The notes: generated from the letters alone by a model not told the origin. Shown: positions 1 through 13,152, counted from the first letter of the stretch. The stretch: DNA of 64,000 nucleotides from Octopus sinensis (GCF_006345805.1 NC_043000.1:35898001-35962000), one strand, 5' to 3'. Numbers and translations are program-made.

Positions 1-100
1 TAATTACTGAGTTTAAAAGCTCCTTCGATAGAAAAATTCGACGACAGTCTTCGATATTTCTATCCAAAAGGTCTTTAAAGCCAAGTCTGACACCATATGA

Positions 101-313
101 AGGCGGTGAACAGGCTGAGTCGTTACCGCGTCGGTCGAAATGCTTAGTAACATTTCTTCCGAATTTACATTCTGAGTTCAAATTCTGCCGGGGTCTACTT
201 TACTTTTCATCCTTTCGGGGCCGATAAAATAAATATCAGTTGAACATTGGAGTCGATTTTTATCAACTTACCCCTCCCCCAAAATTACTGGTCTTGTAAC
301 AAAATTTAAAACC
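101..313 (+). mobile_element. tRNA-derived SINE, family B (diverged copy)
   Basis: GGCGG head, B-box-like CTGAGTTCAAATTC, central TTTCATCCTTTCGGGGCCGATAAAAT domain shared with copies at 32.5, 37.1, 39.6, 48.4, 49.6 and 56.9 kb. Confidence 0.8.
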
Positions 314-795
314 AACATTTACATGCTATTGTTCATACGTTACGATTTTTTTTTTACATAGAATTCATTCGTTAAAAATAGATTATTTCATATTTCGAAA
401 TTTCCAAATTCTAATGACATAAATTTTATAAAGATATTTCACTGGACTCGGAAACCACGGATAAAAGGAAAAATGTAAGGAGAAACCGAAGTAAATATTT
501 CTTCTGCATAAATATCAACGTATCAAGACTCTATCACAATATAATTCAGGGTAATATAGATTCGTGTCTCGTAAAGCCGACACTTTGATCCGTAGTCAAT
601 AATATTAAGTGAATAAGATATAAACACTTGTTTGCTGGATGAAACACAACACTGTTGTAGGCAAGATTCCCAGAAAATTTGGCACCGCTTATCGATAGTT
701 TGGTGAGGTGAGGCACATAAATTTAAGTGTTCTGCTTTAACTTCTCACCAATTACATATGCCGACTGTCTCTCTTACGTTCTCCCAACGCATGCT

Positions 796-855
<60 letters not shown>

Positions 856-961
856 ACAAAAGAAGGGGTGTATTTCAACACAATATATGTATGTATATAT
901 ATATATTATATATATATATATATATTATATATATATATAATATATATATATATACACACAT

Positions 962-1124
962 AGGCGCAGGCATGTCCGTGTGGTAAATAGCTTGCTTACC
1001 AACCACATGGCTTCGGGTTCAGTCCAACTGCGTGGTACCTTGGGCAAGTGTCTGCTACTATAAGCCTCGAGCCGACTAAAGCCTTGTGAGTGGATTTGGT
1101 AGACGGAAAATGAAAGAAGCCCGT

Positions 1125-1167
<43 letters not shown>

Positions 1168-1354
1168 GTTTGTGTGTCCCTCCACCTTCACTTGATAACC
1201 GATGCTGGTGCATTTATGTACCCGTAACTTAGCGGTTCCACAAAAGAGACCGATAGAATAAGTACTAGGCTTGCAAAGAAGTCCTGGGGTCGATTTGCTC
1301 GACTAAAGACGGTTCTCCAGCATGCCCGCAGTCAAATGACTGAAACAAGTAAAA

Positions 1355-1356
<2 letters not shown>
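962..1356 (+). mobile_element. tRNA-derived CORE-type SINE, family A, with internal (TA)n(TG)n
   Basis: tRNA-like head (GTGTGGTAA...GGTTCAGTCC), CORE-like ACCTTGGGCAAGTGTC, tail AAATGACTGAAACAAGTAAAAG; other copies at 22.4, 23.0-23.5, 44.2, 50.2, 60.1 and 60.9 kb. Confidence 0.85.
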
Positions 1357-1433
<77 letters not shown>

Positions 1434-1695
1434 TTGTGTGTGCATGCGTGCGTGAGTGCATGCGTGCGTGAGTGCATGCGTGCGTGTGTGCATATCTGTG
1501 TGTATGTATATAGACAATACATATATTTATACATATATGTGTATGTACATGCAACATAAAGAAAATGAGGGGTTTAGTTCACTGCTGATCTAAACGAATA
1601 TGTACACCAAGTGCTATAATTGGTCAAACGTTATGTTCCAAGTTCACAACTGAGGCTGGAGCTAGGGACGTTTAGTAGGCTTCTGAGTTAGCAGG

Positions 1696-3020
1696 TATAT
1701 ATTAGAGGTAAAAGGACAACAAAGGCCAAGGCAGGACAGGTGTCTCAAGTTATTTAGAATATTTAATTAGAGTAAAGTGAATTTGAAGTAGTTAATTATT
1801 AGATGTCTAACAGCTGTTTCTGGGATATCCCAAGTGATAGGTTAGCACCCCCATACACTGGATATTCCGTCATTAGAGACAAAGTATGTATGAAAGTTCT
1901 AGACAGGGAATTCACAGTTTATAAGGAATAGAATAGTAGATAGAAGAATAAAGAGAAGAAACAGTAGATAGAAGAATACAGACAGGAGAATAAAGTTCAC
2001 AGCTCATCTTCTTCCAGAGGGTACGGAAGTTGGTCTGTACTTCCGTGAAGGTATAGGTCCTTGAGTATAATACCAGGTAAATCCAAGCAGCAGTTTGGCA
2101 GTATAATACTAAGTAAATCCAGGCAACATTTTGAATGTTACGTTCATGTTGAAGGAATGGATTAAGTGGTTAGCTAGCATGAAAATGGACCACGTGGTTA
2201 TACAGAGTGAGAAGGACAGACATCATGATTGACAGATGTGGGTTGTGAGTGAATAGAAGAGAGAGCGGAGGAAGAGAGAAAAGAAAGGAATGGGATAGGT
2301 GTGAGAAAGAATGCATGAGGGCGAAAGTAAAATAAAATCAAAATAAAAAATAAAGATAAGTATTATTCTTCGTTAGGGTCGGTTCGGGGTGAGAGGTCAG
2401 GCGTTAAGGTTTTGGTAAAGGGGAAGAGGAGGGCATTTATGGCTAATAATTAAATAGATGAATTCTAGGTTCGGTGTGGTCAGAAAGAATATTTAGATCA
2501 GTAGTTAATAAGGATAGCCAAAGATAGATGCCTAACTTAACGGAGTATATATATAGGATTGAAAATACAATTAAGAAATTAGATAGAAGATAAAATATTA
2601 GAGAATTAAAATTAAAAGTTAAAAATAAAAAATAAAAAATATTTTGCTAGCTTCTTAGATACTTATGTTGAACGATGAAAGAGAAAAAAACGTACATATA
2701 TGGCAACGACCGTGGATGCATATAGGCAACTGTTATGTGTGTTGATTTTGCTCGCGTTTAGATCTATGGAAGAATCTAAAGGTGCGAAAGAACTTATGTT
2801 TACTTGTAGAGAATGCTTCGTGTTGTTTATTGAGTAATTGTAGCGAAGCATGAATAATATCAATCACTTGGGTTAACCTAGAAACAGCTGTAAGACATTA
2901 ATTAATTAATGCATTCATTCATTAATAACCTCAAATTCACTTTACTCTAATTAAATATTCTAAATGACTTGAGATACTCATCCTACCTTGGTTTTTGCTG
3001 TCCTTTTCCCTCTAATATAT
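1696..3020. mobile_element. Penelope-like remnant bounded by ~140-bp inverted arms with outward-facing hammerhead ends
   Basis: 1696-1840 is the approximate reverse complement of 2863-3020; both arms carry GAAAC-AGCT-GT(T/A)-AGACA. Confidence 0.6.
1804..1881 (-). ncRNA. Decayed type I hammerhead ribozyme motif
   Basis: Minus strand: TGTCT CTAATGA [stem II GGAATATCC...GGGATATCCC] GAAAC AGCT GTT AGACA. Stem I TGTCT/AGACA pairs; core CUGAUGA is mutated to CUAAUGA. Confidence 0.65.
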
Positions 3021-3129
3021 ATATATATATATGTATAAATAATTCAGATTCAGTTGAATTAGGTACTTAAGCTGGGGCACCAAGTTAGTCCGGTATTGTC
3101 CACACAGCTCGAAGTTAGGTGAGCAAAAT

Positions 3130-4090
3130 GCAAGTAAGTAACAAGGATGTCCAGGTATCAGTGCATTACGGCCGTTTCAAGCGGCTCCGTTTAAGCGATC
3201 ACTGCAAACATTACATCAATTTGAAATAAATCGCTCTCCCCGGTTGCATACGACCATATAGATTTCCAACATACAGAATACTTCATTATAATTTTTTAGC
3301 AAATTTTTCATCAGTACTAGAGACTGAAATAGTTACATTGCTTCCTTTTGCTATTATTGTGGCGGAATGAATTTAGGGAAAGAAAACCTAAAACCTACAA
3401 TAATTTAGAGAAGTAGAAGGAAATAACGGGGGTCAATAAAGTTGAATGGTGATATAGCTACATTAATTGTTATCCTTATTACATTCAACAGACCCAATAC
3501 AGCAAGCAGTCTACATCCCCTTAGAATTAAAACCTTTGGGAACTGACAGTTAACTTCTTGTTGGTGGTGATTAATTAATGTCAGATACTCCTCCTTACCC
3601 CTATTTTACTGTGATCATAAAATCAGCCATATCTACATAAAAAAATATGTATAAGAAGATGCTAGCAAGATTATGATATAGAGAGACGAGGATATAATCA
3701 GAAAGAAGGACAGGGGTGACTTAAAATATTGTGATTATCAACTAAAAGGCGCCTAAAATGGAAAATAAAGGAGGTCACCTAAGTGTGGGAATTAAGAGCA
3801 CGGGAAAATGTGCATCCAAGCTTAACAAAATTTATATATTAAAATATTAAAATTGAGAAAAAGATTTAAGGACCAAGTAAGAGAAAGAGGATAGATAAAG
3901 CAATCTAAGCCATAAAAGTGGGGGTCTTTTATATAAAATAGAAACCTTGTAATGGAAATCTATATGGTTGTATGCGCCAAAGGAGAGCGGTTGATTTCAA
4001 ATTGATGTAATGTTTGTATTGATCGATTAAATGGAGCCGCTTGAAACGGCCGTAATGCACTGATACCTGAACATCCTTGTTACTTATCTG

Positions 4091-4091
<1 letters not shown>
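3130..4091. mobile_element. Second inverted-arm Penelope-like remnant
   Basis: 3130-3290 is approximately the reverse complement of 3930-4091; arms contain GAAAC-GGCC-GTA; interior minus strand has LSVPKGFNSK, resembling Penelope ORF N-termini. Confidence 0.5.
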
Positions 4092-4125
<34 letters not shown>

Positions 4126-4341
4126 CATGTGAGCACGTGAGCACGTGAGTGACTTTTCGTAACATCTCTGCGCACCAACTTTTCTAATCCCTCATATTCA
4201 CGACTGCTTTATACATTAAAAAACTTATCACCTGATAATCTTATGGTGTCTTAAAATTTTTTTTATCCACTAAAAAAACGCCATAAATAATTTATTCTAA
4301 AGGCAATAAACAAAAGCAAAAACAAAAAAGACGGTAAAGAA

Positions 4342-4900
4342 GCTTGACGTTTTGGATAGTAGTCCTTCAACAGAAGCAAAATATAGAAGGAAAGTAAAAT
4401 AGTGTGAAAGTGGAAAAGTTGTTGAGAAGAAAGGAAGCAAAAACGGACGAGGGATTCGGGCCAGGTTAGCTTTTATACGTTAAGAACCTTTTCCCCTAAA
4501 ACTCTTATTTATCTTAAAACCTATTTTATCCACCAAAGAAACATTAGTCATAATGCAGGACCTACCTTATCAAAGGGCTTTTTTCATTTTTAGTAATAAA
4601 TGTCCCTATTAGGCCCACGAGATCTAGTTTCTGCTTCAGTTCAGAATACAAATACAAACGCATCTGTCCCCACCAGTCTAGCGTCGTATAAAGAATAGCG
4701 TTTTATTGTTCACGTAGCATAGCTTGCTGTAGAATGTTTGAGATTTCTGTTTGTATATCACGGAGACAATATTTTATTGTCTTTCGTCACATAAACAGGT
4801 CTTTGCCAATATTTTATCTGGCACAATAAAGACAATATTTATCAGTTTTATATGATGGAATCTGAAATTTTCTAAGATCATTCTTAAGTTCGTGCCTATC
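4342..4900 (-). mobile_element. Decayed Penelope-like fragment with a degenerate hammerhead at 4342-4377
   Basis: Minus strand GCTT CTGTTGA A GGA CTACTA TCC AAAAC GTC AAGC (two core substitutions; stem I GCTT/AAGC intact); IVFIVPDK fragment resembles Penelope RT. Confidence 0.45.
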
Positions 4901-4959
4901 ATTAGAATTTCATTTAATTGCAATTGGTTGTATAGAAATAATGTTAGAATGTGTGTGAC

Positions 4960-5032
<73 letters not shown>

Positions 5033-5071
5033 GTGTGTGTGTGTATATATGTATGTGTGTGTGTATGTATG

Positions 5072-5103
<32 letters not shown>

Positions 5104-5188
5104 CATGCATACACACTCATATATAGATATAGATATATATGCATATGTACATATAAGCATATACTTGTAAGTGTATATATATGTTTGA

Positions 5189-5222
<34 letters not shown>

Positions 5223-5289
5223 GCATAGCCATAGATATATGTATGCACGCATACACATACATGTAGGGGACTGATACTTTTAACAGTTG

Positions 5290-5560
5290 AATCAGAACTG
5301 GGGGCCCTCTCGTCATGGCCTTGATAGGCTTTTCTTGCCAATTCAGTCGATGTATGTCGGAATCTGTGGGATCAAAAAGAAAAAAAAAAAGCTTGGCTAG
5401 GAGTGATTTTCAGAGGGTTAGTGTTCTGGTGAAGAAGGATTGGTAATAAGCATTTGAGTGGCTTATAGATGGTGAAGAGAATAGAAAAATGTGGTAGTTG
5501 GACCTGCTTGAAGGTAGGCTATGAGAAGTCGGGGCCGTTATAGTAGCGACAGAATAAAGA
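5290..5560 (-). mobile_element. CR1/L2-group LINE 3' end
   Basis: Translation NAYYQSFFTRTLTL*KSL matches the SFFPRTxxLWNSLP terminal motif. Confidence 0.6.
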
Positions 5561-6331
5561 GGTAAAATGAATGAGAGAGAGAGGTGCAGAGAGAGAGAGA
5601 GAGAGAGAAAGAAAGAGAGTGAGATAATGTGAGAGCGAGGTAGATAAAGAGAGAAACAGAGATAGATAAGTAGAGAGAGGGAGAGGGAGAGAGGGAGAGA
5701 GAGAGAATTACATAATGTTGACGTCAAAAGAATTTCATAAACTTCTGGAAAGAATATGAAATAATTCATTTTTGGAATATTGAACCTCGAAGCACATTAC
5801 ATAAAGCTGGTAAGAATAATTAGGAATGACAGGGGAGTGGGGGTGGGCGCTGTTATTTGTAGTTTGAGAAAATATCAGATTATTTCGTTCGTTCAAGCAA
5901 TTGGCGGATTGCGTAATAGAGAAGATTCGACGATGCATAAACCGCATTTTTTGTTATAGCCCTCTCCACTTCATAACAAATCCTAAATTGACATCACTCC
6001 GACATCTTTTTTCTTTACTCTGTTAAAATGTATTTTCAGGATGCCCCTATATATTTACTTATTCATTCTACAGTAGACATGTGTAAAGTACGAGTGATTT
6101 CCGGTACTTTACACATGTATATATATATTATCAGAACTGTTTTAAATAAATAAATAGACATAATATAATGTCTAACAGCTGATGCATCGTTAACCAGCTA
6201 GAGGAGATGTCCTCTTCGAGTTAAAAAATCGCAGTAAAGTGCATTCGATCGGAACAGCCATGTTGAAGTGGCTACGAATATTACTTGCTAGTACAACTAC
6301 TGCAATCATCTCATAGAGAGATTTTAGAACT

Positions 6332-6400
<69 letters not shown>

Positions 6401-6419
6401 ATCCATATGATACATATGC

Positions 6420-7010
6420 TTTTACTCATACCAAGTTGTGACAGTAATACAGTTTTTACAGTGTCCATTCACTGCAAACCACCACTATTTGCATGTGAGC
6501 ACTTCCTTCACGTGACCCTACCAAGTTGTGACAGTTATACAGTTTTGGACGTTGACCGACCTCGATCAGGTTACACAGTTTCCAACTGAATTTCTCGACT
6601 CCCAAGATCTCCCAGGACTCTCTCCTCATGAACTTCACTCAAAAGTCGGTTGCTCTGTCATCCTCCCACACTAGGCCAAGGAACACGCCTTGTGGTCCAA
6701 AAAATGATGGACCACGTCAATGAAGCCCAAATTATCACGGAACACGGCAAAAACAATACCGTTTTCATTCCACAAATTCCTCCTAAATCCCAACAGATTG
6801 CCCCTATCCTATGCGGAAACATCAATTGCTTCCGAAACTCAGTTTTGCCATTAACAAAGCACAAGCTCAGTCGCTGAAAGTTGTCGGATTGGACCTTCGA
6901 AAATCGTGCTTTTCATATGGACAGGACTACGTCGATTGTTCCAGAGATGACCACCCAGACAACTTATTCATCTATGCTCCTGATGGAAAAACAAGAAAAA
7001 AATTGTCGTC
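6420..7010 (+). mobile_element. Helitron PIF1-like helicase C-terminal fragment (frameshifted)
   Basis: FPTEFLDS..LPG, GTRLVV, VFIPQIP and INKAQAQSLKVVGLDLRKSCFSYGQDYVDCSR match Helitron helicase motifs V-VI. Confidence 0.85.
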
Positions 7011-7309
7011 TACAAAGCAGCCCCACAGTAGTTATCCTTCTTCTGCAATCTTCACATCTACGCCAAAATTTAGCCGTTAGCAATCAGACTTTTTCTATAA
7101 GCATTTCATTGATATTTTGCTTCATTTCCCTGATTGCTGTTGACAGTACATTACCTTCATTGACCCTTCTTACTTCACGCACGCTGATCGCTCATAAATA
7201 TGCTCTGACATTTATTTTTGTACATACCATTGATTTATTTGCATGTTTGCTATAAAGGTTTGCTTTTCATTATCATACATGACGTCCATTGAAAAAAAGC
7301 TTCAATGCG

Positions 7310-7780
7310 GTTGTGTCAGGCGTTACGAGAAAAATAAGTACAGGATACAAAACGCTTCAAGTAAGATATAGAACCCTAATGCCTACTGCAATTGCGACCT
7401 CATTTCATGGACTTTCATTTATTACTAAGTGCCATATCATAAACCGCTAACGAAAATGGTAATTATACATTTCACTTTTATAAATTAAGAAATAAAAATA
7501 CGGTGCAGTACTGCACTGTATAATACATTAATTAAAATATATCAAAAGAAAATACGTCGTGTACTGTAGATGAGTAAACAAAGAATCGCACATACTGTAC
7601 AGCAAACGGAACTCAGGAGATGAGAGTGTGGTGTTGTTTTGCATTTATAATAAAGCAAATATATAGAAATTATAAAAACAATAAATAAAATATACAGTGC
7701 AGTACTGTTTCTACTTCGCGGATTTTCACCTATCGCAGGAAGTTTTGGAACGTAACACCCGCGATAGTCGAGGGATTACT
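7310..7780. mobile_element. Tigger/pogo-like DNA transposon remnant with one terminal repeat
   Basis: Right end GTAACACCCGCGATAGTCGAGGGATTACT followed by TA; no left TIR found. Confidence 0.45.
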
Positions 7781-8710
7781 ATATATATTTCAGGCACGCA
7801 GATATATTTTATTCTGGAATTTTGAATTCTTTTATTCGATAATTCGCTGTAATATGTTCCATTTTCTATTTTATTTCACTCAACTCCTGGAATTTTAAAC
7901 CAAGTTTGTTGCCGAAGATGCTATATTATTTCTTATTTTCTTCCATTAAATCATTTAACAAGTTTTTTTTTTCATTTTCTACATGTTTCTCCAGAAATTC
8001 CTGCATCATTTTCTAATTTTTCATCAATTCCTTGCTTCCTTTCTCTAATATCTTTATACTTTCCCTTGTTGCATCCAGTTTTGGATCAGTTTTGTCCATT
8101 TTTACAAACTCCATGATTTTATTTTACGTTTTCTCTGCATTGCTCTTCATATTTTTTCTTCGTTGGTATTCGCATATTTCTACAACGGATTTCATTACTT
8201 CTATACATTTTCATTAAAATCACTTTACAGTCTTTTCTTTTCTGTCTGCCTCAATTGCTATTTTGTTTAGTATTAATCGATTTCAATGTCGGAGTCTTCG
8301 TTTCTTATTTGGGTTGTTGCTGTCTAAATGGAATGAATTATATTAGTAAAACATATTTCTTCCTGAATTACAATTACTTTTCGATTCTTTCGTCAATATT
8401 TTGTTTTTCGTGTTCGATATAATTTATAATCCATTATCGAACTGGTCTTAAATTTTTTTCCCTTCCAGATTTATTTAAATATTTCTTCATTATAATTCAC
8501 AGACGAATGTAATAACATGTTTCTATAGGTATTACCAATGTTTATATTGCTATCAACAGCTGATAATCGAATTTGTGTTGGTGCCTTCATTTCCTCTCCT
8601 ATTGTTGCCATCTTCTGTTGGAATATGGTTTGAGCAAGAACATTTCTCCAAATCCCTCAATATTTCAATATTTGCTTTTCTGTTCTGTCGATTGTATGTT
8701 TTATATATAT

Positions 8711-8810
<100 letters not shown>

Positions 8811-9001
8811 TATTTAGTTATATACATACAAATATACATACATATACATTATTTATTTTTTAGAAGAGGTCACTATCCTTAAGCCCATTCCAATACAATG
8901 GTAAAGGACTAGAGAAATGGTTAAATGAATGAATGGTGAATCGGAAGGTAGATACTCCTTCTCTCTCTCTTTCCCTCTACCTATGTGTCCATCTGTCTGA
9001 A

Positions 9002-9091
<90 letters not shown>

Positions 9092-9313
9092 CACTCAAAA
9101 AAACAAAAAAAAACAATATTCTCTTCTAAACAAACCCCCACCCAAAGCATGTTTTATATAAATGAACAAGCTGTTTGTACACTCACATAATTTAATTTGG
9201 CAAGTTCTAGAAAAGAACGAAAGCGCTAATAATAATGAAGGAATAAAAGGATTTTTTCCAAAATTCTGATGACTTTTTTCTCAATATTTAATTCCTGTAC
9301 ATCCCACCTAACA

Positions 9314-9419
<106 letters not shown>

Positions 9420-9579
9420 TATTTTATTCTTTTATTTGTTACAGCCATGCAGCTGCGGTCATGCTGGAGCATCACCTTCATTTTGCACTTTTACATATCA
9501 TTCTTCTTTGGCTGATTTCTTCAGGATGGTAGGATTTCATATCACCACGCCTGTATGCGCTTTTCACCTGGTTGCTGGC

Positions 9580-9910
9580 TAATTTAGTGTATGAAGGGGT
9601 TAGATATTGCTGCTCTCATTTGCACCACATACTGGGCCGTTGCTTTATCGAGTATCGTGGAAAGGAGAATGTCTAATCCATGTCCACATTGTGTAGGTTT
9701 CTTCATTTTGTTTGGCCGGGCATTGAAGAGCTGTGCACCTTTAAACCCTAAGTTATTGCAGTATCGGGTCTTGACTTTAGTTGGGCTGATGGTACCTTTC
9801 ATACAATGCATTGGTGTCCGGTTCAGGAATTTTTATAACAGTTGACACCGAAATTAGGACCAGCCCCTCCAGAATTTTCCATATGTAGATTATTACATAA
9901 TTTGTCACAT
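9580..9910 (-). mobile_element. CR1-group LINE 3' end
   Basis: IIYIWKILEGLVPNF and RYCNNLGFKGAQLFN...LDILLSTI; homologous to 22010-22180. Confidence 0.75.
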
Positions 9911-9999
9911 CTTCGTGACAGATATGTAACAATCTATAAATGGGAAATTTTATATAATATATATCTTAAGAAAATGTCATCTCTCTTCAGGTTTGGAAA

Positions 10000-11650
10000 C
10001 GTTGCTCTGCATTTGGAATTCCTTATGGAACTTTCTTAAAAAAGACTATTTCGTTTATTTATGGTAAATATGTTGATTCCATGTATGCAACCAAATCTTG
10101 TGTTTTTCACGTCAAATTGTTCAATAAACGCTACAAAACGAATGTATTTCCTCTTTGGAGTTAATTTTCCATTCTTTGGTTCTGTCAGAGAATGTGTTGC
10201 CAGTTGAACCTCTCCATAAATCCTAACGCCTGGGAAAGCATCGCGTTTATTGTATTTTATTTTCGCCAATGTTGTTTCTGCATAATATTGATAGCTCAAT
10301 GGTTCTTCAATAGATGATTCAAGGTTATGAAAGGTTATCAAGAAAATAGTCTCATTAACTATGGAGGAAATTTTTTTGATGCCCACTTTATTGCTGAGAG
10401 CTTAAAAACTACGACTCAAGGCGCAAGATCATTTCCCTTGTTATCAATCTCTCTTAATATTATTGACAAAGAAATATGTGATTATCTTTGCAAATATTCC
10501 CTTTGCTTTAATAAGAATAACTGACCTTTCCTTCGTAGTCTAATTCGATGACGAAAACCTACTTCTTCCTTCAGTTTTTTGGTTGATGACGACAATTCTA
10601 AATTCAGTCTTTAAAGCTGTCTCAGTTTCTTCTTGAAAGCTTCCTTATATAAAAAAACTTGTGTGTTTAACATTTTCAGTGTATATACAAATGTGGAGTG
10701 GAACCGGCTTTAATGTTTAGTCTCAGAGAAACTTCTCGTAGAGACTTTTGAATAAAAAACACAGGGCTTCGCTCTAAACCCTAATGGACCATTAGACACA
10801 CCGTTTCGACCTGATTTAGTCTCCCCAGTGACGAACACACTGCATGTTCTGAACCATGTCAAAAATGCATGTTCCAATATAGAGGTCGGAGAAACAAAAT
10901 ATTTACTGACTTTTTTTGCTTAGCTTTTTTGTTCAATTTAGTTTTTTGTGTGTGCAAAAACTAAATTAATATAATATTTGAAACAGTATTTGATTAAACT
11001 ACCGGTTATGAGATCACTTACTGAACAAGAAGTTCCGGTAACTCCATTTTGTGAGGACTGAGGTTTACGTAGACGTGAATCAATAATACTAAGCCACCTC
11101 TCTACTTCATTGAATGCTGAATTTATGTAAAGAGAACGCAACTCTCATGCTTTTTAGTTCCTGAGCTTCCAGTCCATGTATAAAAGAACACGAAGAACTA
11201 GTGTCTTTCTAATTGGTGAGGATTCTCTTGTAGGTCAGTGTGTCCCAGGCCTGTACTCATATTTAACCTCTGACTACCATGGACATTTGAAGCAACTGAT
11301 TTGTGTTTAAAATTCTTGAGGAGACACATCACTGATAAGACTTTCAAGCTTTTGCAAATGATGCGGTTCTAGTCATTAATTAAGTCCCTCTAATTAATTT
11401 ATAGTATCATAGCTTTCATTAGCACCGACTGAATGAAAATCGGAACTGCAGAAAGTTTATTTCTATTGTACAATAAAATATATTTTAGGCGAATGTTGGA
11501 ACGTTTACGAACTTCGCTATTCAGTTCGATTATAGAATTCGATAGAATTTCCTTTAATGAATACTAAAGTAGAATATAAACTCATCAAATACTTTACAAG
11601 TCGGAGACAAATATCTTCCTCTGCAGAAGAACAACAACTCTGATCAAAGT
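10000..11650 (-). mobile_element. Possible highly decayed DDE transposase (Zator-like?)
   Basis: Fragments GHTDLQENPH and SAFNEVERW resemble Zator DGGPDENPRY and SAFNRVERR; many stops, weak match. Confidence 0.25.
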
Positions 11651-11809
11651 TCCAGTAGATATGTTTCACTTAATTCTGTTGTCAATTAATGTTTGTTTGT
11701 ATAGTTTTTCTGTGTAGCAAAAACAAATTTACCAATCCAGTCATTTCAGATAGATTTCTCTCCTTTTAGGCACCCCAGAAGAAGACTCTTTCGCCACAAC
11801 ATACCCTCA

Positions 11810-11935
11810 CTCTTTTCTCCTGCATCTAGCAACTCACCTGCGACGGACTGGTGTCCCGTCTGGGTGGGGAACCTATACGCCAATGAAACCGGGAGACCGG
11901 CCATTATGAGCCAGGCATGGCACGAGAAGGAACAA
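11810..11935 (+). mobile_element. SINE 3' half (V-domain-like), family C
   Basis: CTGCGACGGACTGGTGTCCCGTC...GAAACCGGGAGACCGGCC; related to 35110-35350 and 45585-45800. Confidence 0.55.
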
Positions 11936-12071
11936 ATGGCAACAACATTTAGTCAGAGACGATTTTAGGGCAAACAACAGCAAAAGAAACAGCACCCACA
12001 GTAAATATCCTTAGAGTATTTAGTTTAATCTTTTCACTCTCTGAGTTCAAATCCTGCCGAGGAATAGAAAC

Positions 12072-12349
12072 TGTGGGATGACGTCAGCAGCTGGGTGAGC
12101 TGACCGGAAGTTGGGGCAACCGGAAGGGGACAGCCGTGAGGCGCGCGCAGTGAGCGGCGATATCTGCCTTTCGAACCAGGGTCGTCGACGTGTCAACACG
12201 AGGGAAGACGTTGCTAAGGTTGGGTGAAGCAGCTGCTATCTTTAGCGTTCGGGTTGGGGCTGTGTTGAAGGATCCGTTATCACTGAAGGGTCTCCATCAG
12301 AGAGAAGAGAAGATAGGTGCCTTTATATTCGAATCGCGCACACACTACA
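12072..12349 (+). repeat. 5' LTR (278 bp) with CRE TGACGTCA and ETS ACCGGAAGT sites
   Basis: Starts TGT, ends CTACA; 12138-12349 aligns to 14073-14280. Confidence 0.92.
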
Positions 12350-12361
12350 AGCTATTTCGGC
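12350..12361 (+). promoter_or_regulatory. Putative primer-binding site AGCTATTTCGGC, complementary to tRNA-Phe nt 1-12
   Basis: Abuts the LTR end; reverse complement GCCGAAATAGCT equals the metazoan tRNA-Phe(GAA) 5' end as recalled; no TGG-type PBS present. Confidence 0.6.
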
Positions 12362-12384
12362 GCTCCACATAAGTCGTCACCACG

Positions 12385-13149
12385 ATGTCTGCGAAAATCA
12401 GGATCGCCAGCGACATCATCAGTCCCTTTAATGGTGAAGGCGATGTGGTGGCCTGGATTCGTAAAATCAGGCTGGTGGCAAGACTGCAAAGTATAAGCCA
12501 TGTGGCAAGTCTTATGGCGCTGTATTTAGAAGGGAGCGCGTTAACGCTATACCTTGAGATGGAGGAGGAGGAACGCCTGAGCGAGGAAAAGATAGAGCAA
12601 CGCTTGCAGGATGCCTACACAGAATGTGAATACACAGCTTTTGCTAAGCTGGGTGCGATCAGATGGACTGGAGGACAGGTGGACGAGTACGCTGCAGAAG
12701 TTAGAAGGTTAGCGACGCTGGCTGGGTTTACGGGAGGAGGGCTGGAGAGAGCAGCGCGGCTGGCGTTTGTAAATGGGTTCCCCGACGATGTAGGGATTCA
12801 CCTACAACGATTGCCCGGGATTAAAAAGATGCCGCTGAGCGAACTTGTGACTCAGACCCGCATGTTGACGCGATACTCTGGGCGGAAGGCGATAGCGATG
12901 GCGGTGACGGAGGTGAGTAAAGACGGACGACGACCGGAGAAAGACGTACAGAAGCTTACCGTGCAACGAGAGAGGCCGTTCTCAGGACGGTGTTTTAGAT
13001 GTCAAGGGTCGCACATGGCGCGGGACTGTACGCAACCGGGGCCGGTTTGCTATCGATGCAGGCAGACAGGGCACATCGCCCGTGATTGCGACCAGGGAAA
13101 CGACCGCGGGGAAGTTGCTACCTCTCGAACTTTCCCCGCAAACGAGTAG
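12385..13149 (+). CDS. gag: Gypsy Gag, 254 aa, intact, two zinc knuckles
   Basis: Uninterrupted ATG-to-stop ORF; CFRCQGSHMARDC and CYRCRQTGHIARDC. Confidence 0.9.
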   Translation: MSAKIRIASDIISPFNGEGDVVAWIRKIRLVARLQSISHVASLMALYLEGSALTLYLEMEEEERLSEEKIEQRLQDAYTECEYTAFAKLGAIRWTGGQVDEYAAEVRRLATLAGFTGGGLERAARLAFVNGFPDDVGIHLQRLPGIKKMPLSELVTQTRMLTRYSGRKAIAMAVTEVSKDGRRPEKDVQKLTVQRERPFSGRCFRCQGSHMARDCTQPGPVCYRCRQTGHIARDCDQGNDRGEVATSRTFPANE

Positions 13150-13152
13150 AGG
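13095..13152 (+). promoter_or_regulatory. -1 programmed ribosomal frameshift signal
   Basis: In-frame slippery heptamer G GGA AAC (13095-13101); stem CGGGGAAGTT/AACTTTCCCCG about 6 nt downstream; loop CCTCT can pair with AGAGG (13148-13152) as a pseudoknot; the -1 frame is the protease frame. Confidence 0.75.

Noticed and set aside
7800-8600. Purine-rich minus-strand coding-like remnant
   Set aside because: No diagnostic motif recognised and many stops; left unassigned.
12138-12175. Tf1-style self-priming complement of the PBS within the LTR
   Set aside because: The best match GAGCGGCGATATCT is only partial, much weaker than the 12/12 tRNA-Phe match.
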